Shown: in pieces, positions 63,268 to 64,000 of the stretch
Position numbering within the stretch: position 1 is the first letter of the stretch
Layout of the letters: each line of letters begins with the position of its first letter
Assembly: GCF_006345805.1 (NCBI RefSeq)
Contig: NC_043003.1
Span: 106,640,001 to 106,704,000, forward strand
Source: Octopus sinensis
Lineage: Eukaryota
Direction: 5' to 3'
Length of the DNA stretch: 64,000 nucleotides
Made by a program: the position numbers and the translations under genes
The notes under the pieces: generated by a model
Told to the model about the DNA's origin: nothing
What the model saw: only the letters and a program-made list of their open reading frames with translations
Databases searched by the model: none

Positions 63268-63636
63268 TAACAAGAGCACTCAGAGAGCACCAACCTGCAC
63301 CACGGCAACGCCAAAGTCCTCTCAACGATTAACCAGAGATAATTTTTAAATGAGGATATCTGAAATAAACTCGATTGCTCTCACAAACAAGAATACTACA
63401 TAGGAACACAACTGCTCTCAAAAATTATGTAAAAAAAAAACAGGAAAAATAATCCAGAATCCTTGTCAAGTATTGGATTGATCCCAAAATCTAATCAGTT
63501 TGTGCCAGTCATGAGGCCAAACATCCCTGGAAGTTTCATCTGAATCCATCCAGTGGATCTTGAGATATCTTGTCCATGGACAAACAAACAAACAAACATG
63601 ACTGAAAACAATGCCTTCGTTAGGGCAGAGATAATA
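63268..63636. mobile_element. Probable Helentron-associated (HINE/DINE-like) non-autonomous element, decayed
   Basis: Begins aacaagagcactcagagagc, (ACAA)n near the end, degenerate terminal ccttcgttagggcagagataa; resemblance only. Confidence 0.55.
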
Positions 63637-64000
63637 ACAACAACATCAATAAGAATGGTTTCAAATTTTGACACAAGGCCAGCAATTTTATGGGAGGGAG
63701 CTTAGACAACTACATCAACCCCAGAGTTTCACAGATACTTATTTTACTAACCCCGAAAGAATGAAAGGCAGAGTCGAGATTGACAAAATATGGCTGGGCA
63801 TTTTGTACAGCATGCCAACAATTCAACCAGTTCACCACCTTAACAACTATTAATAACAGACCTTTTGAATGGGATGGGTTACTCGACCTGAAGAAAATCC
63901 TAGCTGGGCCCCACTTGTAGGGTCATGCACTGTTTATCTTGATATGAGATCATTACATTGCTCACATATGGTTGTGATGCAGGTGTCTGGTGTACCCTTA

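Overview
AT-rich, repeat-dense eukaryotic DNA that looks intronic or intergenic. I could not support any intact protein-coding gene, rRNA, true tRNA or CRISPR array. The repeat families (several tRNA-derived SINEs, RTE-type (GAT)n-tailed elements, Penelope-like pieces) match what I recognise from Octopus/coleoid cephalopod genomes; this species assignment is recognition, not a database result. The window holds dozens of SINEs, three decayed Tc1/mariner-superfamily transposons, piggyBac- and hAT-type MITEs with target-site duplications (TSDs), two short Helitrons, LINE fragments and three minisatellites. The most interesting signal is a set of three related short elements (about 17.3, 35.1 and 54.5 kb). 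Two carry minimal type I hammerhead-ribozyme motifs and two form long fold-back palindromes, most likely Penelope-like or retrozyme-like derivatives. Other oddities: a perfect 106-bp local inverted duplication, a pri-miRNA-sized hairpin, a 249-bp templated duplication, a minisatellite born from a retroelement sub-repeat, and chimeric and dimeric SINEs. All coordinates and identities were read by eye; boundaries of old repeats are approximate.
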